Origin: Marsupella aquatica
Lineage: Eukaryota; Plantae; Marchantiophyta
DNA length: 64,000 nt
Assembly: GCA_973895155.1 (NCBI GenBank)
Contig: OZ316895.1
Location: 21,774,558-21,838,557, forward strand
Direction of reading: 5' to 3'
Shown here: positions 39,021 to 51,256 of the stretch, in pieces
Position numbering within the stretch: position 1 is the first letter of the stretch
Layout: the number at the start of each line of letters is the position of its first letter
Position numbers and translations under genes: made by a program
Notes under the pieces: model-generated
Database searches by the model: none
What the model was told of the DNA's origin: nothing
Seen by the model: only the letters and a program-made list of their open reading frames with translations

Positions 39021-42000
39021 TTTGTCAATTACAAAAGTAAGATTTCCAAACTAATATGCCTAGATGGGACTATTGCAGGGAGCTATCTAAATGCATTGAA
39101 ACCACAGATTTCAGACGCAGATTGCTCCGAGGGAGTCTTGTTGGAGCAGAGCAGAGAAGATTTTCGTTGGGGCCTTGAGTTCTCCAAAGTTGATTTTGAT
39201 TTCCTTAGCACGTCAACGAGACGGGATCCCATTTTGTGCATAAAGGTCAGAACTGTAGATCAGGAGACTCTTGTACTCGGACCTGTAGTCTTCATTGGAA
39301 TTGAAGGAAGAGGGTTTGTTTCCATCATTCTTGAGCTCCATAAAAGGATACGATGGGTTAAATTACATCTACCATCAAAGGCGTATTCTTCAGAATTCAA
39401 TGTTGAGTGGTCTGCAGCTGGAGAACTTGGCGTGTTGGCAATGGGCTTTTTCCCTAAGTCGAATTCAACTCAAAAGGTGACTGTTGGAGTGAAGGGGATT
39501 CTTCCACTTGACATCATGTATGGGTTTCAATATGTGAAGCTTAATATGCATAAACACCAAGGGAATTATACATTTCCGGTGACATGGATTTTAAATAATT
39601 TGCTTGACAAGGCAGGATTCCTATCATCGGAATCAGGTGTTTTCCTTGACAAGAAAATTATATTTGCGGAGGAGTTTGCAATGGATAATGCAAAAAAGTG
39701 GGTAGAATCATTACCCAAGCCTACAAGTGTTGCACTAGTAGTGGTGAACAAGCCTACAAATGTTGCACCAGTAGTGGTGAACAAGCCTCCAGTAGTTGTT
39801 AACAAAGAAGTTCCGAAGCCTAGAAAAATATCTCAGGAGACAACAACCGGGACTGCAGGAACAACGGCCGGGACAGCCTCCAAACAAGTGGTAGGGAAGC
39901 GAAGACAAAGAGAGAAGAAGGAGCGCAAGAAAACTGAGACACTGCCGAAGGAACCCGAGAAGAAGCCAGTAAAGAAGAAACATAAAACTGACAAGACTAT
40001 TGCGCGGTCAACTCCGACGGATGTACAGATGCTCCCAAAGGATGAGGGAGACAAACTTGATGCCACGGAGGAGAAGAAGGTCTTAGAAGGGAATGATGTT
40101 CTCCAAAGAATAGAGCAGTACTATACTTTTGGGATAAATGAAATATTTTCTATTCCAGTGGAGAAAATTTATCCAACTCCGGCAAGGTTATGTTACAGGA
40201 TGCTCAACAGTGCCCATGTGAAGCACATAGCCGAATCCATGGTGAAAAACCCTGGACATGAACCTCATGTTGCGGACCTTCTTCCTTACAATCCAAAACT
40301 TAGAAAGTTGCTTCATTTTGACAGCACGGAGAACGACCGCAAAGACCTTCTTGGAGGAGTGAAGAAAGGCAAGATTGTTTTCCTTGCCGTCAGTGGGCAA
40401 CATTCTGCTAGGGCGGGCAAATGGGTTCTTGAGTGGGCCAAAACTGATGCCAAGCTCACAGTTTTGGCAAAAAAGTTAAAATATAGGAAGGCTAGATTAT
40501 TGTCAGACCTTACGCCATCGGCTATACTGGTTGAGCACTCAATGAGATCAAATGCCATCAATTCTTCGATGGTGTTTCAATCGTGCTTCAAAGATACAAT
40601 TGTTCATGCAAGAAAACAATTCCTTGAAACTGGAAGACCAAGAAAGTCAAAGCACGGGGACAACAAATCAAACGCCCAAGAGAGTCAAAAATTTCAGGTG
40701 AGAAACATTTTTCTTGTTTGGACAGAGATGGTCTCTGTCCAAGAGTGTGACCGTCCGTTACATTGATTTTAGTTCAATATGTTTTTGGTTATGACTTGGA
40801 TGGAAATGGTCTCTGTCCAAGAGTGAGACCTTCCATTCTGTAGATTTTACTTCATTCTACTTTTGGTTATGGCTTGGACGGAGATGGTCTCTGTCCAAGC
40901 AAGCGATTGTGTGTTGTCAAATCTCATTGATTGTAGATAACTTACAATGTTCATTCTCCCTAATTTTTGATTGTAGGATTATCTGGCATTGGCAAGGATG
41001 ACCATGGGGAGAAAAGACTTGAAAATGTATACTGGTTACTTTTTGCCGAGAATGATCTTTTCGAGTTATGGCGGTAGTGTGCCAGATGTGGATTGATGGA
41101 AAACTTCCTGATGGGGCTGGTACACAGGGAAACAAAAGGTCCGAAAAGGCGATAACCGTCGCCATGTTTCGTTGTTTTGATGGTGAAATCTCAAATAGAG
41201 ATTTGACCAGAATTTTGAACAAGGTGAAGTCGGGTCAGATTTTATTGAAGAAAGATCCGACTAATAAGTCAGATGTTCCAGCGATGGAGGAGTTTGCAAA
41301 GGAGGTGAAGATATTGATCAAATTGAAGTCTCTTATTGGAGATTACTACTTCAAAAAGGATCCAAAACACTTCCCAGCAGATACTGATTGGGCTAAAGTG
41401 ATTGAAGTCCTCCCATTATTGGGTCCCGATTCGGAGTTGAACAGGTGCCGAAGAGCAGCTGGCGATGTATGGTTGACAAATTTGTTGAAGTCGAATCATA
41501 CAAAGGAGAGTGAGATATTGCCAATGACATTGGTGATGCGTCTAGATGATATTTACTGTCAAAAGTTTGGCGGTGGGACAAGTTCTCGAACCCAGCCGTG
41601 GGTCACATTTTTTAGTAACAACCTACTGAAGACTGTGGATCCGGAGTCGTTGGAAGAACAATCTCCAACATGCCCTCTTGCAATTGTTGATTTCAGCCGA
41701 CTTCAGCAAAAAGAGTGGACTGAAGTAGAGATTTTGGTCCTCTTCCAATATATAGTAGAGTTACCACGAAATCCTACCATTGTTGTGATGATAACTGTCC
41801 ATCCGGGTTATCTTGTACTGAATGTCCTAAGCGCTCTTCGTAAATTAGGACATTCAAAAACTCTGAGTATTCACATTGAGTATGGGAGTTATTACCGAGA
41901 TGATCAACCTCACCCTCAGGACTTATGTTGGAAGGGAGGAATAGAAGAGGTTATCTTTGCCGGAATTTCTTGCGAGGAGAACGTCAACTGGGATGAAGTG

Positions 42001-43302
42001 TACGGTACTGATTTCGTGGTTGAGAAGGTCAAGGGAAAGGGGAAGGCCAAGGACGCGGACGAGGAGTCATTGCATGAAGATCTAAAAAATATGATGACCC
42101 CAGAAGAGGCGGCAATCCTTCTGCACATGGCACCTCAATTTGAGACTGTCGGCGCTCGGGGTGGGTGGGTGAATCCTCACGCCAAACCCACACGGATGAT
42201 CCAAAAGATCATCCAAACACTGTCCGAGCCGGGGGATTTGATTCTTGACTTTTTCTCTGGCGGTCAAGTGATGAAGGCATCCCTTTTTTCTCAACGTGAA
42301 TGTTTTGTTTATTGTGACTCTCAACATGAGAGACATTTTGTGGAAGCATACGCTTCGTTCCTTTGTGAGAAGGTTCCCACCATCAAAGATCGTTATGATC
42401 GCTATGTCGGTGGAAGTTCTAGACATTGGGAACCCTCTTCTGCCGCTGTTGCTATTGAGGATGAATCAGATGGTGATCAAGAAGATGGAGCTGACCAATC
42501 AGTCAAAGACGATGGGCCATCAGAGGCATACGTGAAGAATTTGGATGACCGAGTTGGCGAGGGTGAAAATATTGACCTTGTGGACGACGATATGATTGTT
42601 GGATCTGCACCTTGTAGTTCACCAATTACAGATGCTGCCCCCATGGGCCCCAACAAGGGCCAATATAATGATAACTTGGATAGAGATGGTCTCCATCCAC
42701 AAGTGCCTGGACAAGAGATGGAAGTTGATACTTTTGAAAAACTTTCTTCAAACAACCTTCTCAATCAAGGTGCGGAGAGGCATGGTGAGTCCAATGAACT
42801 CGAAACATTGGGATTGAGACCACAGCCCATCCAAATAGCTGACATTCCCGTGAATGAAGCAAGTGCATCCACGACTGCTGACAACCAGGCAGGTGCTTCA
42901 ATTTGTCCCAATACACTCTTTTCCTCTTCTGATGACAAATTGGTGTTTGTTCGATCACAATCAAGAAGTCCCGTTATCCTTCCACTCTCAAAAAAGAAAG
43001 GGAAGAGAGTAGGATCAACTGGATATAAGTCACTTGAATATGATTGCCAATGTTACGTGTGGAAAAGTGGACCCGATGTAGGAACTGAAGTTGCGTTGGA
43101 TGCTGCTCAATCAATTTTGAACAATGACTCGTACAAAAAGCACAAGAAAGATCCAACTTATAGAAGTGGAGAATTGGGATTGATAACTCCGGTTTGGTCT
43201 GCACCTTATTGGGTAGAGGAGAGTACCTCCGATGTCAATTATGAGATCCAACAAGAACTCGGTGATGATATCTTGATTGATGAATATGGATCGCATTGTT
43301 AG
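38523..43302 (+). pseudogene. Three-exon gene for a ParB/Srx-like domain fused to a beta-class N6-adenine/N4-cytosine DNA methyltransferase-like domain (two apparent 1-nt frameshifts)
   Basis: Exons 38523-38652, 39079-40697 and 40977-43302 have GT/AG borders; the first junction is phase-consistent, and exon 3 needs two 1-nt corrections. ParB-like: SIPVEKIYP…RMLNSAHVKHIAESM…FLAVSGQHSARA. MTase-like: NPHAKPTRMIQKIIQTLSEPGDLILDFFSGG (motifs X/I), with motif IV position AIVDFSR. Lys-rich linker and acidic tail. Confidence 0.7.
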
Positions 43303-43457
43303 CCAAGGTCTAGATTGAGCGATGTGACCTTATCAATTTGATATAATATAGTCTGTATAATTATACTTCAAGTTTAACAATTAGAGCATCAGTATCAATA
43401 TCCATCTCCTCTTTACGGTTTCTCAATGAATCTGATCAGTATGCAGATATATTTTCT

Positions 43458-44593
43458 TTGTGGTTGGCCACTTGTGTTGGATTGACAGAGATGATCTCTA
43501 TCCAAACTTCAAATGTGGTTTTATCTCTAAGATTGGTATTTGTTGCACTTGCAAAACCAAGACCTTGTTCCATCAAACGCAAATTGTTGATTTTGGATCT
43601 TAACAAAATACTTTGGGATTCAGTTGAATTCCAAAGCAAGGGCAAATCTAGAAATGTTGTGATCCCAAGTGGAGTGCATTGGGATAGAAAAAATGGAATT
43701 AGTTGCATGTACACAGAAAGGCCAGGCTCCATGAGTTTCTAAAGTTGGTTTTTGACCGATTTGACATTGCAATTTGGACATGTGCTTGGGTACATCGAAC
43801 AGTGAAAATGCTGAACATGATGTTCACTGCTGAGGAGCGGTTGAAACTTAAGTTTGTATTCACACAAGTGGAAGCCTTTGACACGGGCATTCAAATGCGT
43901 GACATTACAAACGGAAAGGCAAATGTGCTACTGAAGGATTTTTGGGTGGTATGGAGTGGATTTGGAAATCTATATGATGAAACCAACACCCTCCTTGTGG
44001 ATGACTCCCCCCTTAAGGCATTTGCCAACCCAAGCATGACCGGACTATTTCCAGTGCCCTACACGCATGCCAATGGTGGAGATAATTTTCTTCTAACAAT
44101 TCTTTGGCCTTGTCTTGAGAAACTATCCCATGCAAGTGACATTAGATGTTATCTTCTTCTTAACTCTCCACTGTGGTCTCTATTGCACATAAAGAGAGAC
44201 AAGGTAAAAAATGAAATTACTTATGATCAACTTAGTAAGAGATGTGCAACAAAAATTTGGAAATCACAGTTTACGCATAGTGTGTTGGACCTCAATAGCA
44301 ATGAGATTCCTTGGAACGTGAAGCATCGTATATGTAGTTTACGTCCTGAGGCAGAACTTGATGATGCACTTGTCACGTCACTTGCTAAAGCATTTGTAGG
44401 AAGGGACTATTCAGGTCCGCATAGAGAAAATCCCAGACACTTTTTGCGGGAGATTATAGCCATTAGAAATAACACCACCAAGTTTCAGCTCCCTGAAGAT
44501 AAAGGGACTTGCAAGGTCCGTGACACTAGGGTAGATAGTAAAGGAGACAGGGGCACGTGCTCAAATACACATTGTAAGGAGCACTTTGTTTAG
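43458..44593 (+). pseudogene. FCP1/NIF-type HAD phosphatase domain gene with one frameshift at ~43725
   Basis: KLLILDLNKILWD (motif I), YTERPG/LHEFLKLVFDRFDIAIWT, LLKD and NTLLVDDSPLKAFANP, split over ORFs 43458-43742 and 43703-44593. The true start is uncertain. Confidence 0.8.
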
Positions 44594-45069
44594 AGATATG
44601 ACTCATGTTAAGCCCCTTAGATAGAAGAAATACATTGTAAATTTGGAGATAATTGTATATTATTTTATAATCTATTTGGAGTTATGTCATTTTGTTCACA
44701 CATATTCAAGGGTTTATTTGTGCTGAAATGTTTTTATAAGTATGATCTCTATCCTACTATTCTTTGTGAATTCATAAATAATGATCTCTATCCTATTATT
44801 CTTTGTGAATGAATAAATGATATAATATGTATTATTTATTAATATAATACTTATATGATTTGGCCTATAAAGTGTACATTTAGAGACCAAAAAGTGTACA
44901 TTTGGGTTTCTTAAAGTATATATTTGGGGACATGAAAGTGTACATTTCAACACTGATTTGTGAACAAAAGAAAATACACCTTTAATGAATAGGCTGATTT
45001 TTTGGATTTCATAGTGCAACCATTTTTGAAATATGACTGTGAATGATTGATATTTATTACAGGTTACCC

Positions 45070-48000
45070 ATGCCTCTCATTCGAAGAAGCCTCCGAGATG
45101 AACAAATGCTCGCTAGAGCCAAGGGGCAAAGGAACAGACGTGCAAGGATAATTAATGAGCCTGAATTTGGGCCTCTTATGACACGACATGGGTCTACCTC
45201 TAGGGATGAAGCAAATTTATTTTCTTCTCATAAACCATGAGTAAAATTTAATTCTACTTTGAAATGTAAATAACATTTTATGTTGTTTATTGTTCTCCAC
45301 TAGGGAACCATCTCACAATGAAGATGATATAGTGCCTCCACAAATTACGATCAACCCACCACGCCGTCGCACAAGTCGTGTTCCACATCTGCCAACTATG
45401 TATGTTGAGAACTCTTGAATTTTACAGTTCAAACTTCTACTTTGTTAAAGTTTATTGTTGGACTGTTTATTAGATCTAATAGTTTATTATTTAGAGGATT
45501 TGACAGGATTTTGAGTGATTGGTTATTTAAAAGAAACGGGAGATAATGGGCTTATCCTTGGTTTTGATTGGTTTTTCAGCAACCTAGCACGTTGCCGCAT
45601 ATTTGATGTGTATCATGTGTTTCAGCATACTTGAAACTTGAAACTACGAGGTCAAACAAATCAAGAGAGTGGTCACCATTACCTTGGACGCATAAATGTG
45701 GTGTGCCCATCATGTAAAGCCTTGCACTGGACAGCAGAGAAGGTGAGTTCTACAAATTTTAAGGACTCTCCATTTGGCAAGTGTTGTAGTCATGGTAGGG
45801 TGGATTTACCACCATTGCGATCTCTTCCTCCATTATTGGCAACATTGGTCTCCGGTGAGGGACCAACAAGTAAAAAGTTCTTGAGTCATATTCGAGCTTA
45901 TAACTCAGCACGTACTTCAGCTTGCATCCACCGGTGCTAACATGTCCGGAGAAGTACATGGCGGCATAAAACATCTTCGCATTCAAGGTGGGATATATCA
46001 TTCTATTGGCCCTCTTTATCCTGAGGTAGGACAACCCCCAAAATTTGCTCAACTTTACATTTATGTCACTGAGCACGAGATCATAGAAAATAGAGGTAGG
46101 GTAATTACTGATGGTATTGAGATTGAGACCTTGAGAGGATTACAAAATCTTATGCGTGAGCATAATGCATATGTGCGATCTTTTCAAGCTATAGCATGTG
46201 AAGTTGGTAGTCAAAATGTGCGCATAGTATTGAAAGCTAGCGAAAGAGATCTTGATGCTAGACGTTATAACTTGCCAGTAGCATCGGAGGTCGCAACCAT
46301 TATTCCTGGAGATGGAAGTGAGGAGGTTGGTCCACGTGATATCATTGTATACTTGCATGGAGGAGGGGTACGTCGTATATCTAATCTCAATCAGGCATAT
46401 ATTCCTTTGCATTTTGTTCTGCTATTTCCATATGGTGAGGCAGGATGACATATAGGCATTCGAAAATGGAATTCTTCTATATTAGAAGAGACTATTGCTA
46501 TGGAAAGTGAAGAGGGTGTGGTGGAGAATATTATTCACGAGAGGGCCTATGACAATGTCATGGATAATGATGCACATGCAGATACAGGGACAAAGAATGT
46601 TATCCCTTTGGAGTTTGCCTCATTTAGGCTTCATACACGACAAGATAATCCTATAGAGTGCATGGATGGTAGTAGGCTGACACGTTTTGATAGGCTTTAC
46701 CAGGAGTACATGGTGGATGTTTATGCCACTATTGAGAGCCAGAGGTTGACCTATATACGTACCCATCAACCTCAGTTAAGAGCGCATCTATATCAGGGGG
46801 TTCAAGATGCCATGACAAGACATGATCATGCAGTAGATATTGGAAGACGCATCATATTACCTTCGAGCTTTATAGGAGGTCCACGTCATATGCACCAATT
46901 ATTTAAGGATGCCATGACTATTGTTAGGCATTTTGGCAAGCCTGATTATTTTTTGACAATGACATGCAATCCTACATGGAAGGAGATCACGGATGAGTTG
47001 GTATGTAGCAACCAAAAAGCAGCTAATCGTTCAGACTTGATTGCTCAGGTGTTTGAACAAAAGAAGAAGACATTGCTAGATCTGCTAAAAAATCAAAAGA
47101 TTTTGGGTAATTGTGTGGCAAAGATACATACTATAGAATTTCAAAAAAGAGGTTTGCCACACATTCATCTTTTGATGTGCATGAGTTATGAGGACAAACC
47201 ACGAAATGCTACCCAGATTGATGATGTTATTTTGGCGGAGATACCAGATCCTATTTTGCATCCAAGTCTTTATCAAACTGTGGTTACTTGCATGATGCAT
47301 GGACAATGTGGTGCCCAAATGAGAAATGCTCCATGCATGAAAAATGGAGTGTGCTCAAAATGTTTTCCAAAACCTTTTGCCTCCCACACCACATTCAACG
47401 AGGATGGATACCCGATATATCGCAGGTGCGTTGATTTCAATTACTTATATACCATGCTTTCATGTACTTATATTATATTTATATGTGTATATAATTATAT
47501 TTACCTATGATATTTTCTTGCTTTAAACACTGCAAACGAGATGATGGTTTTATGGTGAAGAAGAAAAACTGTTTCTTGGACAATCGTTGGGTGGTGCCGT
47601 ACAATAAATTACTATGCACACTTTTTGATTGTCACATAAATCTTGAAGTTACAAGTGGCATTGCTGCTGTGAAGTATATTTATAAATATGTGTACAAGGG
47701 ATCCGACGCAATTTTGGTCTGATTGTCACGAGCTGGTGGCACAATTGAGACAGGGGCACCAGTAGATGAGGTCTCAGAATATCGAGATGCATGGTATTTA
47801 TTTCATTTCATATTTCTATTCTGTTTTTTACTAATTCATTAATCAATTTCAAGTTTTGCAATAATGTGAATTTCAAGTTTTGCAATAATGTGAATTGACT
47901 TAAGAGTTTTTGTACAATTGTTATTTGATTCTATTTGAAGATTTTTCAAATCATACTAATATTTTTGTTTGTAGATACATCTCATCTGTTGAAGCATGTT

Positions 48001-51000
48001 GACACATTTTCAAGTTTCGTTTGCATTCGGAAGAGCCAAGTATTGTTCGATTAACTGTTCATCTTGAGAATGAGCAAAGTATTGTTTTTAGTGAGAACGT
48101 AACAACCGAGGATATTTTACAACGGAGGGTGGCAACCACATTGACAGAATGATTTGTAACGAATGTTAGTGATCCTGGGGCACGACAATATAAATACCAT
48201 GAGTTTCCACTTCATTATAGTTGGAACAAGAACAACAAAAAAATGGATTCTCCGTAAGAAAAAGATTAAAGGCTGCGGATACCCCATTGGCCGTTTATAT
48301 TTGACTCATCCAGGTATTATTTTTTTCTTGACTTAATTGCACTCAAATAATTGAATTTATTATTATTATATTCAAAATATTCATTTTAATGAATTTTTGT
48401 TGTGCAAGTGAAGGAGAACGTCATTGGATGTGGTTACTTCTTCATCATATTAAAGGGGCTATTGGATATGACAGTTCGAAAACAATTGGTAATGTAACCA
48501 TGCCCACTTTTAAGGAGGTAGCAATTAAGTTGGGACTCTTGGAAGATGATTTAGAGGTTATTGATTGTTTGAGGGAATGTTCAGAGATTCGGATTGGACG
48601 TGCAGTCCGTCAACTTTTTGCCATCATTCTTCTCTACAACACACCTGCACGCCCTAAAGAGTTATGGGATCAATTTATATCATCCATGACAGAGGATCTA
48701 CTGTATTTAAGACGTCAGGTATTCTTTTCTACACAAATCCATTTCTTTACTCACGAGGCATAACTTCTAATAAAATGATTTAATGCGCTACATTCATCTT
48801 GCAAACTAACATTGGTCAACCACATTGTATTTGTAGGAATTTGGAATGTCTGATCTTCCTCAACATGCTGTTATCAATAATGCATTGTTGGAAATTGACC
48901 GTTATTTACAAGATAACAACAAATGATTGTCCCATTTTTCTGATATATATCAAGCAAATTTTATTTGCAATGAAGAGGCTCATTCTCATTTGGAGTTAGA
49001 GGAACTCTCATATGATCGTGTTACACTACGTGCATGTGCATTGGAAGGAGAAGAAAAACTAAATGATGGACAAAATTTAATTTGGCAACAAGTGAATGAT
49101 GTTTGTGAGACCGTATTGCAAGGTGAATCTCCTCGGGTAAGTATATACATTACCTTTCCATATAGCTTTGCAACATGATTATGAGATGTTTTATTTTGAC
49201 ACTATGAATAATTTTCATGTCGATAACTCAAGGTTTTCGTTTTATCTAGGAGCATCTATTCTTTATTGATGGACCAGGTAGATCTGGAAATACATTTTTG
49301 TATAATCTTCTATTAGCAAGGGTCAGATGTGAGGGGCACATTGCTCTTGCCGTGGCATCATCAGGGATTGCAGCCTTACTATTACAGGGAGGTTGCACAG
49401 CACATTCACGATTCAAGATTCCACTCATTGTTCACGAAAGCTTTACTTGCAAGTAAGAAGTTAAAATTGTGTTTATAGTGAGATTGAGTTCATAAAAAAT
49501 ACTAATTTATAGATATTGAGCTATTGGTTTAGAGATATAGTACAAATGGTATTTTTTCATATTTTTTTTGTGATGATAATGTGCAGCATAGTAATGGAGA
49601 GTGAAGCCACACGCTTGATCCGATGCGCATTATTGATCATATGGGATGAAGCACCCATGACTCATAGACATGCCTTTGAGGCTGTTAGCCGGACACTTCA
49701 AGATATCATGAAGAGTAACTTGCCGTTTGGAGGAAAATTGATGGTCTTTGGTGGTGATTTTCGCCAAGTGCTTCCTGTACCCTAGGCCCTCAGTCTTAAC
49801 TAATATGTGGAGGACGTGCGAACGCTCAAAGGGTAGTTTTTATTAATTTTGAACTAATAATTATAATTATTACCGGTAATAAGGGAACTTTTAATAGTAA
49901 AATGGAAATAACAAGGGGTAAACAGGAAAAGGGCCCGATCGTAGGGGGTCCACTTCTTTTACATAGAGTGAGGGCCCAGGGTTCCTGTAGTTCGGCATGG
50001 AGATCAAGCGGCCATCATTCGAGCCACCTTCAAAAGATCTTCTATATGGTCAAAGATAAAAGTGATGAGGCTAAGTGAGAACATGAGAGTAAAAACACTA
50101 GAAGGTATGTTATATTATCAAGAATTCTTTTTTAATTTTATACTAGGTGTGTTATGATATTTATAGAGTATCATTTTCACTATTTAGTTTATGAAATGTT
50201 AATTTATCTTAGCACCAACCTTTCCATGGTGGAATAAGTAAATATATTTTTCTTTAATATTTGCTTCAAAAAAATCTGACAACCTTTCTGGATTTTCGTA
50301 TATGTAGGAGAAGAGGCGCTTGAGCAACAAGGCTTTAGCGATTGGTTACTAGCAATTGGAGAGGGAACTTTGCCAACTGAGTCTGATTTGGGTGATGATG
50401 TCATTCGTTTGCCATATGACCTGATAATGCCAACTGACCATCTTAGTGACCTAATTGTTGAGATCTATGGCTCAGATCCAGTGAACTTCAACAATGCTAA
50501 CTTTTTAAAAGATAGAGCTATTTTGACCACCACAAACAAAGATGTGGATAAGGTCAATGAGGAGGTGATGCGTGGCTTTCCTGGAGAGGTAAATCCCTTA
50601 CCACTAGCAACTTGAAGAGCTTTCAATTTTATCTTTGAAGGAAAAACATTTCAATGAAAGTTAGTAACTTTCTAATTTTTATCCATGGAGTTTTGCAGGA
50701 GCATGAGTTTTTGAGTGCAGATTCAATTCCCAATGAAGCAACTCCCTTCATGTATCCCACAAAATTCCTCAATACATTGTTGCCATCTGGTTTACCTCCA
50801 CATAAGTTGACTCTGAAGATTGGTGCACCCATCATGCTTTTGAGAAACATGAATGGGTCAAGAGGACAAGCTAATGGCACTCGCTTGATAGTTCGTGGTT
50901 TTGGGCGTCATGTCATAGATGCAGAGATCATCATAGGGAAGAATATCGGAGACCGTGTTTTCATTCCACACATTCCTCTTATTGCATCTGACTCAGGGTT

Positions 51001-51256
51001 ACCATTTGATCTTCGTCGATTTCAGTTTCCTATTCGTGCTGCCTTTGGTATGACCATCAATAAGTCTCAAGGTCAAACCTTGGCAAAGATTGGGATATTT
51101 CTACCAAACCCAGTTTTCTCGCATGGTCAATTATATGTGGCATTGTCTAGGGTTGGTGCTCGGATTGGTATTCGCATTATGATAGCACGGAATGCATATC
51201 CCAATAAGGATGACCTTTACACAAGGAATGTTGTATACCGGGAGATTTTAAGATGA
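45070..51256 (+). pseudogene. Helitron RepHel (HUH Rep + PIF1-like SF1 helicase), intron-containing, inactivated
   Basis: Zn region CPSCKALHW…CC; Rep motifs YFLTMTCNP, EFQKRGLPHIHLL, KYIYKYVYKG; helicase motifs FIDGPGRSGNTF (mutated Walker A), IIWDEAPM, GGDFRQVLP, MTINKSQGQTL, HGQLYVALSRV; in-frame stops at 46446, 48000, 48150; MITE insertion. Confidence 0.95.
49780..49981. mobile_element. 202-bp MITE with 17-bp TIRs and 8-bp TSD inserted in the Helitron helicase exon
   Basis: TIRs CCCTAGGCCCTCAGTCT / AGAGTGAGGGCCCAGGG (15/17); TSD TTCCTGTA at 49772-49779 and 49982-49989; removal restores GGDFRQVLPV-VRHGDQAAII. Confidence 0.9.
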
